This document shows positions 1-9,638 of a stretch of DNA of 64,000 nucleotides, piece after piece (the first letter of the stretch is position 1; every line of letters starts with the position of its first letter). Origin of the DNA: an uncultured Pseudomonadota bacterium (lineage in GTDB: Bacteria > Pseudomonadota > Alphaproteobacteria > RF32 > CAG-239); the NCBI GenBank assembly GCA_949292335.1, contig CASEYY010000016.1:16922-80921 (forward strand). Direction: 5' to 3'. A model generated the notes under the pieces. The model had not been told where the DNA came from and searched no databases. It saw only the letters and a list, made by a program, of their open reading frames with translations. The position numbers and the translations under genes are program-made.

Positions 1-578
1 TCAAATTTGTCAAGGTGAAATAAAAATGCCATAATCACAATAAACAATAGCAAAGGAACAATTTTGATAATCGTGCCGATACTGTTGACGATACTGGCTT
101 GCTTAACGCCCTTTAATACCAAAAAGTTAAAACACCAGATAATTATCGAACCGCCGATGATTGAGGGAAGGTTGTTGCCGCCGGCAAAATGCGGCGGGAA
201 AAAATAATTGAGGGCATCCATGGTTATAACCGCATAACCGACATTACCGCAAACCTGACATAGCCAATATGACCAACCAATGGTAAAACCGCTGTATTGT
301 CCGAATCCGGCACGGCTGTATGAGTAAATTCCCGTGGTCAAATCCGGTCTGGCCATGGATAAAATTGAAAATGTGCGGGCAATGAAGTATATGCCTATAC
401 CGGTTATTACCCATGCTAAAAGAACTGCTCCGGCAGAGGCTCCGGAAGCCATATTTTGCGGTAATGAGTATATTCCTCCGCCTATCATTGAGCTGATAAC
501 GATGGCGGCTAGAGCCAATACTCCGAGTCCTCCCTGGTTCCTGCCCGTTGTTGAAGTTTTTGATTTTGTTTCTTTCAT
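1..578 (-). CDS. APC-family arginine/agmatine-type antiporter (AaxC/ArcD-like), N-terminal ~192 codons; gene continues beyond window start
   Basis: Absent from the ORF track because it runs off the window edge. My minus-strand translation from the ATG (complement of 576-578) reads [65 protein letters not shown]..., a polytopic APC-type N-terminus. It lies directly downstream of the arginine decarboxylase gene. Confidence 0.75.
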   Translation of the reverse strand, partial: MKETKSKTSTTGRNQGGLGVLALAAIVISSMIGGGIYSLPQNMASGASAGAVLLAWVITGIGIYFIARTFSILSMARPDLTTGIYSYSRAGFGQYSGFTIGWSYWLCQVCGNVGYAVITMDALNYFFPPHFAGGNNLPSIIGGSIIIWCFNFLVLKGVKQASIVNSIGTIIKIVPLLLFIVIMAFLFHLDKF

Positions 579-600
579 CTTTGTATCCTTTTAATGAATT

Positions 601-630
601 TTGCGGAGCAATTTAGCTATTGCTCCGCAA
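601..630. promoter_or_regulatory. Perfect 12-bp stem / 6-nt loop hairpin between decarboxylase and antiporter genes
   Basis: ttgcggagcaat-ttagct-attgctccgcaa. It is not followed by a T-run on the coding (minus) strand, so it is more likely an intercistronic stability or processing element than a terminator. Confidence 0.4.
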
Positions 631-645
631 ATCTAATATTGCCGA

Positions 646-1230
646 CTATAATTTTACGGCCGGGGCATGTTCAAAGTTTAAGAATCCCATGGCTGTCAGA
701 CTGTAACCAAATTGTTGGGTAATGTTGACATAATTGTGCCACATTTGAAATTCTGAGTGCTTCTCAACACCGCGAATTTCAAGCTCATGCTTTAATGATT
801 TGTTTAGCCACATTTCCGCATGACCTTTGGCAATTTCGTCATCAATGAAAGTATCAAAATATTCTACATATTCGGCAGCCCAGCCTCCGATTAATTCTCC
901 TTTTTTATTTTTGCCCCAGCATACGCCTAATCCGGTGGCAACAGCCTTGTGGTCATCACGGCTGGCTCCGTTGGCGGCCATAATTACTTCTAAAACAGCT
1001 CCATGTTTGAATTGTTTTACAATCTTATCATTTAACGGAACAATTTTGCCGAATAATTCTTTGGGAAGAACCGAGGTATAGGGGATAACATTAAAGTTTT
1101 CTATCTTGGCCTGCATTAATGCAGAGTCGTAGCAGAATGTTTCAAAGGGTTGCGGCGGAATTCCGTCATCGGCTTGTCCGGCTCCTCCGGTAATAAATGC
1201 AAAAGTTGGGTAACGTACACCTTCGGTCAT
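646..1230 (-). CDS. aaxB: Pyruvoyl-dependent arginine decarboxylase (PdaD/AaxB family)
   Basis: 194 aa. The [34 protein letters not shown] block includes the T|S self-cleavage site, and there is a GGWAAEYVE block. It closely resembles my recollection of Chlamydia AaxB. Confidence 0.85.
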   Translation of the reverse strand: MTEGVRYPTFAFITGGAGQADDGIPPQPFETFCYDSALMQAKIENFNVIPYTSVLPKELFGKIVPLNDKIVKQFKHGAVLEVIMAANGASRDDHKAVATGLGVCWGKNKKGELIGGWAAEYVEYFDTFIDDEIAKGHAEMWLNKSLKHELEIRGVEKHSEFQMWHNYVNITQQFGYSLTAMGFLNFEHAPAVKL

Positions 1231-1252
1231 TTTTATTTCTCCTTTTTCTAAA

Positions 1253-1290
1253 TTAAAAAAAATAAGCAGCTTTTCACAAAGCTACTTATT
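1253..1290 (-). terminator. Rho-independent terminator after pfk
   Basis: aataagcagctt/aagctacttatt stem (11 of 12 pairs), followed on the minus strand by a T-run (A-run 1253-1260 on plus). Confidence 0.55.
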
Positions 1291-1352
1291 TAAGTATAAT
1301 CGAAAACGGGGTTTTCAATAAAAAGTTGAAAATTTTTTATCGTGAATTATTG

Positions 1353-2432
1353 TTAAATTTCTCCGATATAGATGCCTAAGTCTTTGGCGGCTTTTACATA
1401 CTTGCCTTTAGGATCAACCAAAGTAGTACCGGCTTTTACAACATCATTTAATTCAACGGCAGAAACTTCTCCGTTTTTCCAGACAACCATTTTATTATCT
1501 TCGCCTTGAGCAAGCAATTCGACTGCTTTGGCACCAAAAAGCGAAGCTAAAAGACGGTCAAAGGCTACCGGAACACCTGATCTTTGTAAGTGACCGAGAG
1601 TGGTGACGCGGAATTGGAAGTCGTTGTAAACTTTGCTTATTTCGCCGCATAAATATTGGCCGATACCACCGTAAATCATTTCTCCGACCATATTTTTACG
1701 ATTGGTAACCGGAGTACCGTCTTCGGTCTTTAGACCTTCGGACACAACAATAACGGCGTGGTTGCGACCGCGAGCTTTGATTTCTTTTAACTTATTGATA
1801 ATTCCGTTGATGGTATAAGGAATTTCGGGAATTAAGCAAACATCGGCATTACCTGCTAAAGCTGAGTGTAATGCCAAGTGGCCGGCATCGCGTCCCATAA
1901 CCTCGGTAATCATGGCTCGGTTGTGCGAACGTGCGGTTAGTTCCAGACTGTCAATGGCTGTGGTGCAGTACTGTACGGCAGTTTGGAAACCTACCGAAAA
2001 TTCCGTAATCGGAGTGTCGTTATCAATAGTCTTGGGAATGCCGATAATTCGTACCATGGAGCCACGGCACATATTGGAGACAATATTCATACTGCCGTCG
2101 CCGCCGACAACAACAATCGCATCAAGACCAAGTTCTTTAACGCCGGTGGCAAATCTCTTGGAAACTTCTTCCAGTGATTCTATACGCATTCCTTTGTTTA
2201 GAGAGCCTAAATATGAGCCGCTCAGACGAGGCCAGGGCGAGTCGCTAAAATTTTTAACCGTTAAAACTTCATAACGGTGCGGCTTTTCGGTAATGCCTTC
2301 GGTGCCGTCGTTTATCCCATAAACTTCCCAACCTTTCTTTTCGGCTGCTTCAACAACCGAACTGATTACGGCATTAAGGCCGGCACAATCGCCGCCTGAG
2401 GTAAGAACTCCTATTCTTTTAATTTCACTCAT
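1353..2432 (-). CDS. 6-phosphofructokinase (phosphoryl donor ambiguous)
   Basis: 359 aa with GVLTSGGDCAGLNAV, VVGGDGS and PKTIDND motifs of the PFK family. Confidence 0.9.
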   Translation of the reverse strand: MSEIKRIGVLTSGGDCAGLNAVISSVVEAAEKKGWEVYGINDGTEGITEKPHRYEVLTVKNFSDSPWPRLSGSYLGSLNKGMRIESLEEVSKRFATGVKELGLDAIVVVGGDGSMNIVSNMCRGSMVRIIGIPKTIDNDTPITEFSVGFQTAVQYCTTAIDSLELTARSHNRAMITEVMGRDAGHLALHSALAGNADVCLIPEIPYTINGIINKLKEIKARGRNHAVIVVSEGLKTEDGTPVTNRKNMVGEMIYGGIGQYLCGEISKVYNDFQFRVTTLGHLQRSGVPVAFDRLLASLFGAKAVELLAQGEDNKMVVWKNGEVSAVELNDVVKAGTTLVDPKGKYVKAAKDLGIYIGEI

Positions 2433-2543
2433 AGCTTAAAAGACTCCTTTTTAAATTGTTGCATTATTTGTCATTTTGGTGTATACTAATACAGATTTAA
2501 GAGATATTTTCCAGAAAAAAATGTGATTTAATAAGATTTTTTA

Positions 2544-2774
2544 TTGAAAGGGCTTTTTTTTATGTTGAACCAGAATCAAAATGCTCGCTTGTTGCAACAA
2601 CTTTGTGAGCTGAAACTGGAAGAAAGACGCGTCAGATCCGATATTCACCACTTGGTTAAGGATAACAGAACGATCGATTTCTTTAAGGCTAAACAACTTA
2701 ATATCCTTAAAACCGGTGTGAAACAGAAGATTAAGACGGTCGAGTCTAAAATGACACCAAATATTATTGCCTAG
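2544..2774 (+). CDS. Small hypothetical protein (start more likely ATG at 2562)
   Basis: 76-aa ORF, charged and helical, followed by a strong terminator. No motif recognised. Confidence 0.35.
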   Translation: MKGLFFMLNQNQNARLLQQLCELKLEERRVRSDIHHLVKDNRTIDFFKAKQLNILKTGVKQKIKTVESKMTPNIIA

Positions 2775-2788
2775 CTTTTCACTTTTAT

Positions 2789-2820
2789 AAAAAGTCCGGA
2801 CGCTGAGTCCGGACTTTTTT
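2789..2820. terminator. Bidirectional rho-independent terminator
   Basis: aaaaagtccgg-acgctgagt-ccggactttttt, with an A-run and T-run on either side. It lies between convergent genes. Confidence 0.75.
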
Positions 2821-2823
2821 GGT

Positions 2824-4704
2824 TTAGTTCTCCAAGCCTAACAACTTGTATTTAATTCTGACATCCATTTCTTTGGCGTAGTCATCTATCAACTCAGACG
2901 CCAGATTGTCTTCTAACGCTTTCTGCATCTCAAAATTAATACTTTCAAGTTGCTGCTCACTACCAGACTTGGCTTTAATAACCTTAACTGGGGAAACGAT
3001 ATTGGTAACTCCGCCGCCGGAGATAAGGCGATATTCGTTCAATGGGGTTTGGAATACCTCGTTGAGTTGTAAAGAATTTAGTTTGGCAAAAGCTTCGCCT
3101 TTTTTCAAAGGTTGAGTTTGGTTAAGCTTAAGGTTGAATCTTGAAGCTATATCCGATAAGGAATCTCCTTCATCCAAGTTGGCGACAATGTCATTAACAA
3201 TTTCTTGGGCAATCGCCGATTTTTCATTCTCAGCCCAAATCTTGACAATTTCGGGACGAACCTGTTCTAACTCTTTGATTCTGGCTTCATCAATCTTGTT
3301 TACGGAGGCCAAAACAAAACTGTCCTCGGTTTCTATGGTTTGGGTAATCTCATTTTCGTTGTATGAAAATGCCGTATCAATGAAATCGGAAGATGATACC
3401 AACTCGGAGTATTCTTTATTGCTTAATGATTTGTAGCTGCCGTCTTCTCTTAAACCTTTTATGGAGATAATTTTAGTATCATATTTGTCGGATATGTCAT
3501 CTAGAGAAGATCCGCTGCCTATCATATCATCAATTTCGTGCATGACCTCAAGGGCTTTTTCGTAAGCGTATTCTTGTTGCAGAATGTGCCTAATTCTGTT
3601 TTTAACTTCGGAAAGCGGTGTTTCTTTTTTGGGAGTTATTTTGGTAACTCTAATGAGGTGCCAGCCAAAATCTGATTGGATCGGACCGACAATCTCGTTT
3701 ACTTTGGCGTCAAAAACATCTTGTGAAAGTTCCGGTAATAAAGAATCGGCCGTAACATCACCTAATTCCGTGGTTTGTTTGTCCTGATTGGCTTTTTGCA
3801 GGGCAACATCGTAGAAATCTTTGCCGCCTTTTAGCAAGTTAACAGCTTCTACGGCAGCTTCTTCGCTGTCAAATACCATCTGTAATGCCTGACGGGTTTC
3901 CGGAACTACATAATCAGCAAGGTTATCTTGATAGTAGGAGGATATGTCGTCATCCGATATTTGCATCTTTTCGGCCAAGTCGGCAATTTTTAGATTGATA
4001 AAACTAACATCGCGATTTTCGGCTTCTTCAAATTGCGGAGCAAAATCTTCGTAATATTGCTCAATTTCTTCTTCCGTAATGTCACGGTCGATTTTCATGG
4101 TCGAAGGATCAATACTTATATAAGCAAAAACTTTCTCCTGATTGGCAATTTGAGAATAATATTTATTCATAAACTGCGGAAAAGCTATGTTTTCGACCGG
4201 AGAATACACCAAGTGGCGGCTTAAAATATTTTGTTTTAAGTTGTTGATGTACTCTTTCTCGCTCATGTCAAAATAAGAAAGTTGGCGACGCAAAAGTTCG
4301 GGGCTGAAGCGACCGGAGGCGTCCATAAACTCAGGTTGCGAGGCTATAATCTGTTGTATCAATTCATCGGATATGCTGGCATCTTCTTTTTGTGCCTCCC
4401 GCATGATAATCATATCGGTGAGGTTTTGTTTGACCAGTGAGCTTAAGATATCTTTTCTGGTATCATCGTTTAATTCCAGCTCGTAACCCAAGACTTTTTG
4501 CGATTTACGGATGCTGTCTTGCAACTTGGCGTTCATCTCATCTTGCAGAATTTCCATGTTATCCACTTTCAAAACGGCACGATTCTTGCCGGCAGAATTT
4601 ACATAGCCCGAAATTCCGAACAAAGACATGAAACTTAATGCCGTGAGTGCCAAAATCAGTTTGGTTAACCACGAGTCTTGATATTTTCTTATTTTACTTA
4701 TCAT
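2824..4704 (-). CDS. ppiD: Periplasmic chaperone / peptidyl-prolyl isomerase PpiD
   Basis: The N-terminus MISKIRKYQDSWLTKLILALTALSFMSLFG is a signal anchor. A long SurA-like region and a parvulin block (GPIQSDFGWHLIRV) follow. Start chosen at internal Met14 of the ORF, which has an aaggaa RBS. Confidence 0.8.
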   Translation of the reverse strand: MISKIRKYQDSWLTKLILALTALSFMSLFGISGYVNSAGKNRAVLKVDNMEILQDEMNAKLQDSIRKSQKVLGYELELNDDTRKDILSSLVKQNLTDMIIMREAQKEDASISDELIQQIIASQPEFMDASGRFSPELLRRQLSYFDMSEKEYINNLKQNILSRHLVYSPVENIAFPQFMNKYYSQIANQEKVFAYISIDPSTMKIDRDITEEEIEQYYEDFAPQFEEAENRDVSFINLKIADLAEKMQISDDDISSYYQDNLADYVVPETRQALQMVFDSEEAAVEAVNLLKGGKDFYDVALQKANQDKQTTELGDVTADSLLPELSQDVFDAKVNEIVGPIQSDFGWHLIRVTKITPKKETPLSEVKNRIRHILQQEYAYEKALEVMHEIDDMIGSGSSLDDISDKYDTKIISIKGLREDGSYKSLSNKEYSELVSSSDFIDTAFSYNENEITQTIETEDSFVLASVNKIDEARIKELEQVRPEIVKIWAENEKSAIAQEIVNDIVANLDEGDSLSDIASRFNLKLNQTQPLKKGEAFAKLNSLQLNEVFQTPLNEYRLISGGGVTNIVSPVKVIKAKSGSEQQLESINFEMQKALEDNLASELIDDYAKEMDVRIKYKLLGLEN

Positions 4705-4868
4705 TGTTATCCGTTCCTTGAAAAATATATCCACATATATCAAAATCTTTGCCGATTATAATACCTTTATTATTTTATACAACTACTCAAATATTGGTGT
4801 TGAAAAGTTTTTCTTACTATGCTAGAAGGTAGGTTAATTTGATAATTTTGATAAATGAGGAGTTTGTT

Positions 4869-5627
4869 ATGGCACGCAAAATGATGATTGCCGGAAACTG
4901 GAAAATGAACGGTTTGTCCACCGACGGAGTAAATTTGGCTAAGGAAGTGGCCGCCGCTGTTAAAGCTAAAAAAAGAGATTGCGAATTTGTAGTTTGCCCG
5001 CCGTTTACCATTTTGGCTTTGGTTAAAAAAGCTTTGCGTGGAGCTAAAGTGGCTCTGGGTGGGCAGGATTGTCATTTTGAGGAAAAAGGTGCTCACACCG
5101 GAGATATTAGCCCTTTGATGCTTACCGATTTGGGTTGCTCTTATGTCATTTTGGGGCACTCCGAAAGAAGAGCCGATCATGGCGAATCCGATGAGTTGGT
5201 GTGCAAGAAGGCTGTCGCCGCTCATAAAAGCGGTTTGAAAACAATTATTTGTATCGGAGAGACTTTGCAACAACGCGACGAGGGTAAAACCATTGATGTT
5301 TGCTCAAAGCAAATTTTGGGTTCGGTACCGGAGTGTGCTGACGCCAAAAATACGGTCATCGCTTATGAACCGGTTTGGGCCATCGGTACCGGTAAAACTC
5401 CGACAGCTCAAGATGTCGAGGATGTTCATGCCGCCGTTCGTAAGGTCTTGGCTAAAAAATTGGGAAGAGCCCAAGCTAATAAAATGCGAATCCTCTACGG
5501 TGGTTCGGTTAAACCGAATAATGCCAAAGAATTACTCGCTTTGCCTGATGTCGACGGAGCTCTTATCGGTGGGGCTAGCTTGAAATCAGCCGATTTTATG
5601 GCTATTGCCGATAATGCCGGTTGTTAA
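4869..5627 (+). CDS. tpiA: Triosephosphate isomerase
   Basis: MIAGNWKMNG, ILGHSERR and AYEPVWAIGTG motifs. A gaggag RBS lies upstream of the ATG at 4869. Confidence 0.95.
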   Translation: MARKMMIAGNWKMNGLSTDGVNLAKEVAAAVKAKKRDCEFVVCPPFTILALVKKALRGAKVALGGQDCHFEEKGAHTGDISPLMLTDLGCSYVILGHSERRADHGESDELVCKKAVAAHKSGLKTIICIGETLQQRDEGKTIDVCSKQILGSVPECADAKNTVIAYEPVWAIGTGKTPTAQDVEDVHAAVRKVLAKKLGRAQANKMRILYGGSVKPNNAKELLALPDVDGALIGGASLKSADFMAIADNAGC

Positions 5628-5652
5628 TTTGAATTAGATAAGGAAAATTAAA

Positions 5653-5988
5653 ATGGGAACAGTTTTATTGGTTATTCATTTGTTGGTTTGCATTTTCTTG
5701 GTGGCTTGTATATTAATGCAAAGATCCACCGGCGGTGCGTTGGACGGCTTGGGCGGCGGTTCGGGAGCATCGAGCTTTTTGAGTGTCAGAGGTACCGGAA
5801 ATTTGCTCACCAGAACTACGGCAATATTAGCTACTTTGTTGTTTGTTACCAGTATTTCTTTGGCTTTGTATTATCGCGGACAAGCCAGACCGGCCGAGTC
5901 TTTATTGGATAAGGCGGCTGCCGAACAAACCGTGCCGGCCAATAATCCGGCTAATGATATTCCGCAGGCTCCGGTGGCAGAAAAATAA
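5653..5988 (+). CDS. secG: Preprotein translocase subunit SecG
   Basis: 111 aa with two TM helices and an LLQRS-type motif (ILMQRSTGG). It sits in the classic tpiA-secG position. Confidence 0.85.
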   Translation: MGTVLLVIHLLVCIFLVACILMQRSTGGALDGLGGGSGASSFLSVRGTGNLLTRTTAILATLLFVTSISLALYYRGQARPAESLLDKAAAEQTVPANNPANDIPQAPVAEK

Positions 5989-6011
5989 GGAACAACATTA
6001 TGATAGATAAC

Positions 6012-6052
6012 TTAAGGGCATCTTTCCAATAAATTAGGGAAGGTGCCCTTAA
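6012..6052 (+). terminator. Long hairpin after secG
   Basis: ttaagggca ... tgcccttaa outer stem with inner tttcc/gggaa pairing, followed by ctcttt. Confidence 0.4.
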
Positions 6053-6086
6053 CTCTTTGAAATATTTATATAACGGGAATTTGAAA

Positions 6087-7724
6087 ATGTCTGAAAATAC
6101 CAAATTTATATTTATTACCGGCGGTGTGGTCTCTTCTTTGGGAAAAGGGTTGGCTTCGGCTTCGTTGTCTTCTATTCTGCAGTCCAGAGGGTTTAAGGTT
6201 AGGATGAGAAAACTCGATCCGTATCTTAATGTTGATCCGGGAACAATGAGCCCTTATCAACATGGCGAGGTGTTTGTTACCGACGACGGTGCCGAAACTG
6301 ATTTGGATTTGGGACATTATGAAAGATTTTCCGGTGTGCCTTGCCATAAAACCGATAGTGTTACAACCGGAAAAATTTATCAACGCGTAATTGACAAAGA
6401 AAGGCACGGAGATTATCTCGGAGCTACAATTCAGGTCATTCCTCATGTTACCAATGAAATTAAAGATTTTATTCTTTCGGATATTACAGACGAGGACTTT
6501 GTGCTTTGTGAAATCGGCGGTACCGTCGGTGATATTGAAGGCCAGCCGTATTTGGAAGCCATTCGTCAGGTAGCATATGAATTGGGCAGGGAAAGAGCCA
6601 TGTTTATTCATGTAACCTTATTGCCGTATATTCCAACCGCCGGTGAGCTTAAAACCAAACCAACGCAACACTCGGTTAAAAAACTGCAAGAATACGGAAT
6701 TCAACCGGATATGCTATTGTGTCGTTCGCAAATGCCAATTCCGCAAAACGAAAAACGCAAGATTGCATTGTTCTGCAATATCAGAGAAGAAAATGTTATT
6801 GCGGCTTTGGATGTGTCGAGCATTTATGAAGTCCCGATTGCTTATTCTCGTGAGGGTATGGATAAAGCAGTGTGCAGACATTTCGGAATTGCTTGTGACA
6901 GTGAACCGGATTTAAGCAAGTGGGAAAGAATTTTGGAAAATATTAGGCATCCCGAAGGCGAGGTCAGAATTGCCGTGGTGGGCAAATATGTTAAGTTGCT
7001 GGAAGCTTATAAATCTCTTAATGAAGCTTTAACTCACGGCGGTATTGCCAATAAATATAAGGTGAAAGTAAAGTGGATAGATTCTGAAATTTTAGAAACG
7101 GAGTCGCCGGATGAGCATTTGAATGATGTCAGTGCCATACTGGTTCCGGGAGGATTCGGACAACGCGGTACCGAAGGAAAAATTAATGCCATAAAATATG
7201 CCAGAGAACATAAAATTCCGTTCTTAGGTATTTGTTTCGGTATGCAAATGGCCGTAATCGAAACCATGAGAAATGTGGCAGGAATAAAAAATGCAGGAAC
7301 TACCGAATTTAGTGCTGATTGTGAGCCGGTTGTGGGTTTGATGACCGAATGGGATAAAGAGGGAGCCAAGCAAATCAGGCATAAGGACGGTGATCTCGGC
7401 GGCACCATGCGATTGGGTGCTTACGATTGTGTATTGGCTCCTAATTCCTTAACCGCTAAAATTTATGGTAGGGAAAAGATATCGGAAAGACATCGCCACA
7501 GATATGAAGTGAATATGAAATACGAAGATACTTTAAGACGTTCGGGGATGGATATCGTCGGAAAGTCCCCCGACGGTAAATTGCCGGAAATCGTGGAGAT
7601 AAAAGATCATCCGTGGTTTGTTGCCGTGCAGTTCCATCCGGAATTAAAATCAAAGCCGTTTGATCCGGCTCCTTTATTTGTCTCTTTTGTAAAGGCAGCT
7701 ATTGACAAAAGCAGGTTGATTTAA
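6087..7724 (+). CDS. pyrG: CTP synthase
   Basis: [17 protein letters not shown]-terminus and a GICFGMQ glutamine amidotransferase motif. Start taken at the ATG at 6087. Confidence 0.95.
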   Translation: MSENTKFIFITGGVVSSLGKGLASASLSSILQSRGFKVRMRKLDPYLNVDPGTMSPYQHGEVFVTDDGAETDLDLGHYERFSGVPCHKTDSVTTGKIYQRVIDKERHGDYLGATIQVIPHVTNEIKDFILSDITDEDFVLCEIGGTVGDIEGQPYLEAIRQVAYELGRERAMFIHVTLLPYIPTAGELKTKPTQHSVKKLQEYGIQPDMLLCRSQMPIPQNEKRKIALFCNIREENVIAALDVSSIYEVPIAYSREGMDKAVCRHFGIACDSEPDLSKWERILENIRHPEGEVRIAVVGKYVKLLEAYKSLNEALTHGGIANKYKVKVKWIDSEILETESPDEHLNDVSAILVPGGFGQRGTEGKINAIKYAREHKIPFLGICFGMQMAVIETMRNVAGIKNAGTTEFSADCEPVVGLMTEWDKEGAKQIRHKDGDLGGTMRLGAYDCVLAPNSLTAKIYGREKISERHRHRYEVNMKYEDTLRRSGMDIVGKSPDGKLPEIVEIKDHPWFVAVQFHPELKSKPFDPAPLFVSFVKAAIDKSRLI

Positions 7725-7767
7725 TACATACATCTCGTCAAAATTTAGTTTTACGGATTTTATAATA

Positions 7768-8319
7768 ATGAAAAGTTTAAAAATATGGACTTTTTTATGT
7801 GTTGTACTTTTGTCTTATGAAGCCAGAGCAGATTGGCTCGATGATTGGATAAAAGATGTCTCCGATGCTTCCGAGTCAATTATAAGTTTGGGGCATTATG
7901 ATGCCTATATTCCATTTTATGCCTGGCATAATCGTTTTGCTTATGATGATGAGCATATTGCAAAATATAACGAAAATGCTTTTGGTTTTGGAATTGGTAA
8001 ATCTTTGTATGATGAGAAGGGTGATTGGTACGGATTGTATGCGTTTGCTTTTGAGGATTCAAACAGCAAATTGGAAACCGTGGCCGGTTTTGCTTATCAA
8101 AAAAACTGGAATCTTACCAGTAACGGCGATTGGAAGGCCGGAATAGGTTATACCATCGGAATGACACAACGCGAGGAATACTATTACATTCCAATTCCAA
8201 TGCCTTTGCCGATTGCCGGAATAGAATATAAAGAAACAGCTTTGCAAATGGCATATGTGCCGGGACTTGAAAATTTTGGTAATGTCGCATTGTTTTGGTT
8301 CAGAATAAGAATAAATTAA
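7768..8319 (+). CDS. pagP: Lipid A palmitoyltransferase PagP-like outer-membrane protein
   Basis: 183 aa with a signal peptide. The blocks YIPFYAWHNRFAYDDEHIAKYNENAFGFGIGKS and DWYGLYAFAFEDSNSK match the PagP pattern as I remember it. Confidence 0.7.
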   Translation: MKSLKIWTFLCVVLLSYEARADWLDDWIKDVSDASESIISLGHYDAYIPFYAWHNRFAYDDEHIAKYNENAFGFGIGKSLYDEKGDWYGLYAFAFEDSNSKLETVAGFAYQKNWNLTSNGDWKAGIGYTIGMTQREEYYYIPIPMPLPIAGIEYKETALQMAYVPGLENFGNVALFWFRIRIN

Positions 8320-8400
8320 TTAAATTTTAGAATAGGTACAAAAAAATACTTGATTATTTTTGTTTTGTGCTTTATCTCTAGGGACAGCTTTATCGATAAA

Positions 8401-8487
8401 GCGGCCATGGCGGAATTGGTAGACGCGCAACCTTGAGGTGGTTGTGGGAGAACTCCCGTGAAGGTTCAAGTCCTTTTGGCCGCACCA
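8401..8487 (+). tRNA. tRNA-Leu(GAG), CCA encoded
   Basis: Folded by hand. Acceptor GCGGCCA/TGGCCGC, anticodon stem caacc/ggttg with loop ttGAGgt, long variable arm, T-loop ggttcaagtcc. Confidence 0.9.
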
Positions 8488-8571
8488 AAATAAAGCTTTT
8501 TTTATGCCAAACGGAGACGCCATAGATTTATTTCTTCTATTTCACGCGATTACGAGAGGAGGTTAAAGCTC

Positions 8572-9525
8572 ATGTTTAAGGTTTGCAGAACTGATGCTAA
8601 CGGAAAACTCGTCAAACTTAAAAAAAATCGCTTGTATCCGGGATCGTGGATTAATCTTATAAACCCAAGCAGTGAAGATTTGGAAAAAATTGCCTCATGG
8701 ATCGATTGGGATGTCGATACCATAAAGACTTCTTTGGATATTGATGAAAGATCGCGTATCGAACACGAGGGAAATAATTTTATGGTAATTGTTAATTTAC
8801 CATTGCTTGATGATGACGGATATTTTGATACTTTGCCGTGCTCCATGATATTTACTCCTAAAAATTTTATTACCATCTGCTCTAGAGAAAATCGTATTAT
8901 CGGTGCTTTTACCAGAGCTACGGCCAATACTTTCAGTACCCAAAATAAACCGGGAATGATGTTGACTATTTTGTATAAGGCAACACAATTCTACTTGCGT
9001 TATTTGAAAATTATCAACCGCAAAACCGAATCTATTGAATACAGCCTCCGAAATACCACCAGTAATAAAGAGTTGTTTCAACTGATGGAAATTCAAAAAT
9101 CATTGGTCTATTTTACTACCGCTTTGCGTGATAACCAGATGGTCTTGCAAAAGCTGCTGAGAATAGTCCGCAGTAAAATGACTTTTACCAATACCACTTT
9201 TACCGAAGATGATATTGATTTTCTTGAAGATATTATGATCGAAAATAAACAGGCTATCGAGATGGTCGATATGCACAGAACCATTCTTGAGAGTATGATG
9301 GACGGTTTTGCTTCGGTAATTAATAATAATGTCAATCAAGTTATGAAGTTTTTGGCAACAATCACCATTATACTTTCAATTCCTACCATGCTGGCCAGCT
9401 TTTGGGGAATGAATTTGACTTTGCCTCTGTTGGATAGTAAATATGGATTTTGGTATGTCTTGGCAACTTCGGTTCTGTTGACCATCCTAGCTATTTTATT
9501 CTTACGCAAGAAGAAAATGTTCTGA
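8572..9525 (+). CDS. corA: CorA-family magnesium/cobalt transporter
   Basis: 317 aa with a C-terminal FWGMN motif between two TM helices. Confidence 0.85.
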   Translation: MFKVCRTDANGKLVKLKKNRLYPGSWINLINPSSEDLEKIASWIDWDVDTIKTSLDIDERSRIEHEGNNFMVIVNLPLLDDDGYFDTLPCSMIFTPKNFITICSRENRIIGAFTRATANTFSTQNKPGMMLTILYKATQFYLRYLKIINRKTESIEYSLRNTTSNKELFQLMEIQKSLVYFTTALRDNQMVLQKLLRIVRSKMTFTNTTFTEDDIDFLEDIMIENKQAIEMVDMHRTILESMMDGFASVINNNVNQVMKFLATITIILSIPTMLASFWGMNLTLPLLDSKYGFWYVLATSVLLTILAILFLRKKKMF

Positions 9526-9638
9526 TCTTATAGTGCTTTGTTGTTAGTATCTTGGTAAGTATTCTTGTGATGAATGCTTTTTTGTCTTAGTATGGGGACT
9601 GTTTTTGTTTTATTTTTGCAAATAAAAGGATTTGGAAA

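Noticed and set aside
334-594. 86-aa plus-strand ORF
   Set aside because: It lies entirely antisense to the convincing APC antiporter reading frame on the minus strand. It has odd composition, no RBS and no recognisable motif.
2544-2561. TTG start of the small ORF given in the ORF track
   Set aside because: The ATG at 2562 is more plausible, since the upstream codons encode a run of Phe from a T-tract that looks like promoter or terminator DNA. The gene itself remains low-confidence.
4770-5273. 167-aa minus-strand ORF
   Set aside because: It is a shadow ORF antisense to tpiA, whose motifs are unambiguous.
6066-6611. 181-aa minus-strand ORF
   Set aside because: It is antisense to pyrG. It has low-complexity, Ile/Asn/Phe-rich composition typical of shadow frames in AT-rich genes.
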